Source: Planktothrix sp. GU0601_MAG3
GTDB taxonomy: Bacteria > Cyanobacteriota > Cyanobacteriia > Cyanobacteriales > Microcoleaceae
Reading direction: 5' to 3'
NCBI GenBank assembly: GCA_035193785.1
Contig: CP136572.1
Span: 3,796,578-3,860,577, forward strand
Length of the DNA stretch: 64,000 bases
Shown here: positions 63,069-64,000 of the stretch, piece by piece
Position numbering within the stretch: the stretch's first letter is position 1
Layout of the letters: each line of letters begins with the position of its first letter
Made by a program: the position numbers and the translations under genes
The notes under the pieces: model-generated
Databases searched by the model: none
Seen by the model: the letters and a program-made list of their open reading frames with translations, nothing else
Told to the model about the DNA's origin: nothing

Positions 63069-63158
63069 TATCCAAGTCGTGATATTTCACCAACACTGTT
63101 AAGAAAAATTGCCAGTGATATTAATTTAACGCTAGAAAAAATATTAAATATTCGCTAA
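63069..63158 (+). pseudogene. 3' remnant of a second HicA-like toxin
   Basis: [29 protein letters not shown] resembles HicA C-terminal helices; no start or N-terminus. Confidence 0.5.
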
Positions 63159-63342
63159 AAATCTAAAATCGAGTAGGATAGATGTTGGAACGGACAGCAA
63201 CATATCAATGTTGTGGGGTATAGCTGGGGTGTGTCCAAAGCCAAGTCTTAACTTTAATCAACCGATAGTGGATTCAGCTTACCTACGATTGATTGTTGTC
63301 CATCCAAGTTTAACTCTCTACAATTTCCGAGTGAGTGTAAGC

Positions 63343-64000
63343 ATGAGAATTTTAGTTACAGGTGGCGCGGGTTTTCTAGGTTCACACCTCATTGATCGCT
63401 TAATGGAACAAGGCCATGAAGTGATTTGTTTGGATAACTTTTTTACGGGGACAAAACGAAATATCCTGAAATGGATCGGTAATCCCTATTTTGAACTGAT
63501 CCGCCATGATATTACCGAACCCATTCGGTTAGAAGCCGATCAAATCTACCATTTAGCCTGTCCCGCCTCTCCGGTTTCACTACCAATACAACCCGGTCAA
63601 AACCATCAAAACTAATGTATTGGGAACCATGAATATGTTGGGGTTGGCCAAACGGATCAAAGCCCGGTTTTTCCTCGCCTCCACCTCTGAAGTCTACGGT
63701 GATCCCGATGTTCACCCCCAAACGGAAGATTATCGAGGCAACGTTAACTGTATTGGCATTCGATCCTGTTACGATCCAGAAACGGAAATTTTAACTGAGC
63801 AAGGTTGGGTTCAGTTCCCTAACTTGCAACCGGGGGTTAAAGTTGCCACCCTCAACGAAAATCATCAAATTGAATATCACGTTCCCGATGAATATATTGT
63901 TCAACCCTATATCGGGGAAATGTTGCGGTTTGCTAACAGTAAATTTGATCTTTGCGTCACCCCCAACCACTGGATGTATGTTCGTGGTAAGACAGGGAAA
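63343..64000 (+). CDS. UDP-glucuronate decarboxylase family SDR with intein (runs off window; frameshift at 63574-63578)
   Basis: [45 protein letters not shown]. Confidence 0.9.
63767..64000 (+). mobile_element. Intein N-terminal splicing region
   Basis: Block [15 protein letters not shown] and block [13 protein letters not shown] appear where CYDEGKR is expected. Confidence 0.87.

Overview
Chromosomal window from a cyanobacterium. HIP1 GCGATCGC is frequent, and psbA, ntcA, nblA and STRR heptamer repeats are present; the style resembles Planktothrix/Oscillatoriales (inference). It is mostly housekeeping: clpC, ileS, accC, tRNA-Ile2(CAU), furC/perR, ntcA, fabI, hisB, a PAS/GAF/GGDEF/EAL protein, cobK, cbiET, two psbA copies, rpsN, nth, rseP, gcvT, rimK, an AarF kinase, pphA, anmK, nblA, priA, cugP, scpA and lepA. 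Accessory elements are a translationally coupled TIGR04255-STAS(DUF4325)-PIN trio beside the tRNA, a HigBA-like TA pair, a ~1490-aa HTH-NACHT-HEAT protein, a complete group IIB intron, a NERD double-nuclease gene, a HicBA pair, an intein in a UDP-glucuronate decarboxylase, and many MITE/REP-like repeats. The most striking window-wide signal is the frameshifts. Of the 35 I could reconstruct in coding regions, 34 are the same event: one extra base turning GAAC/GTTC into GAAAC/GTTTC. This is almost certainly a sequencing artefact, not pseudogenisation. Its motif specificity matches the Dnd DNA-phosphorothioation consensus GpsAAC/GpsTTC, so the errors may record an epigenetic modification. CDS coordinates below are merged across these frameshifts.
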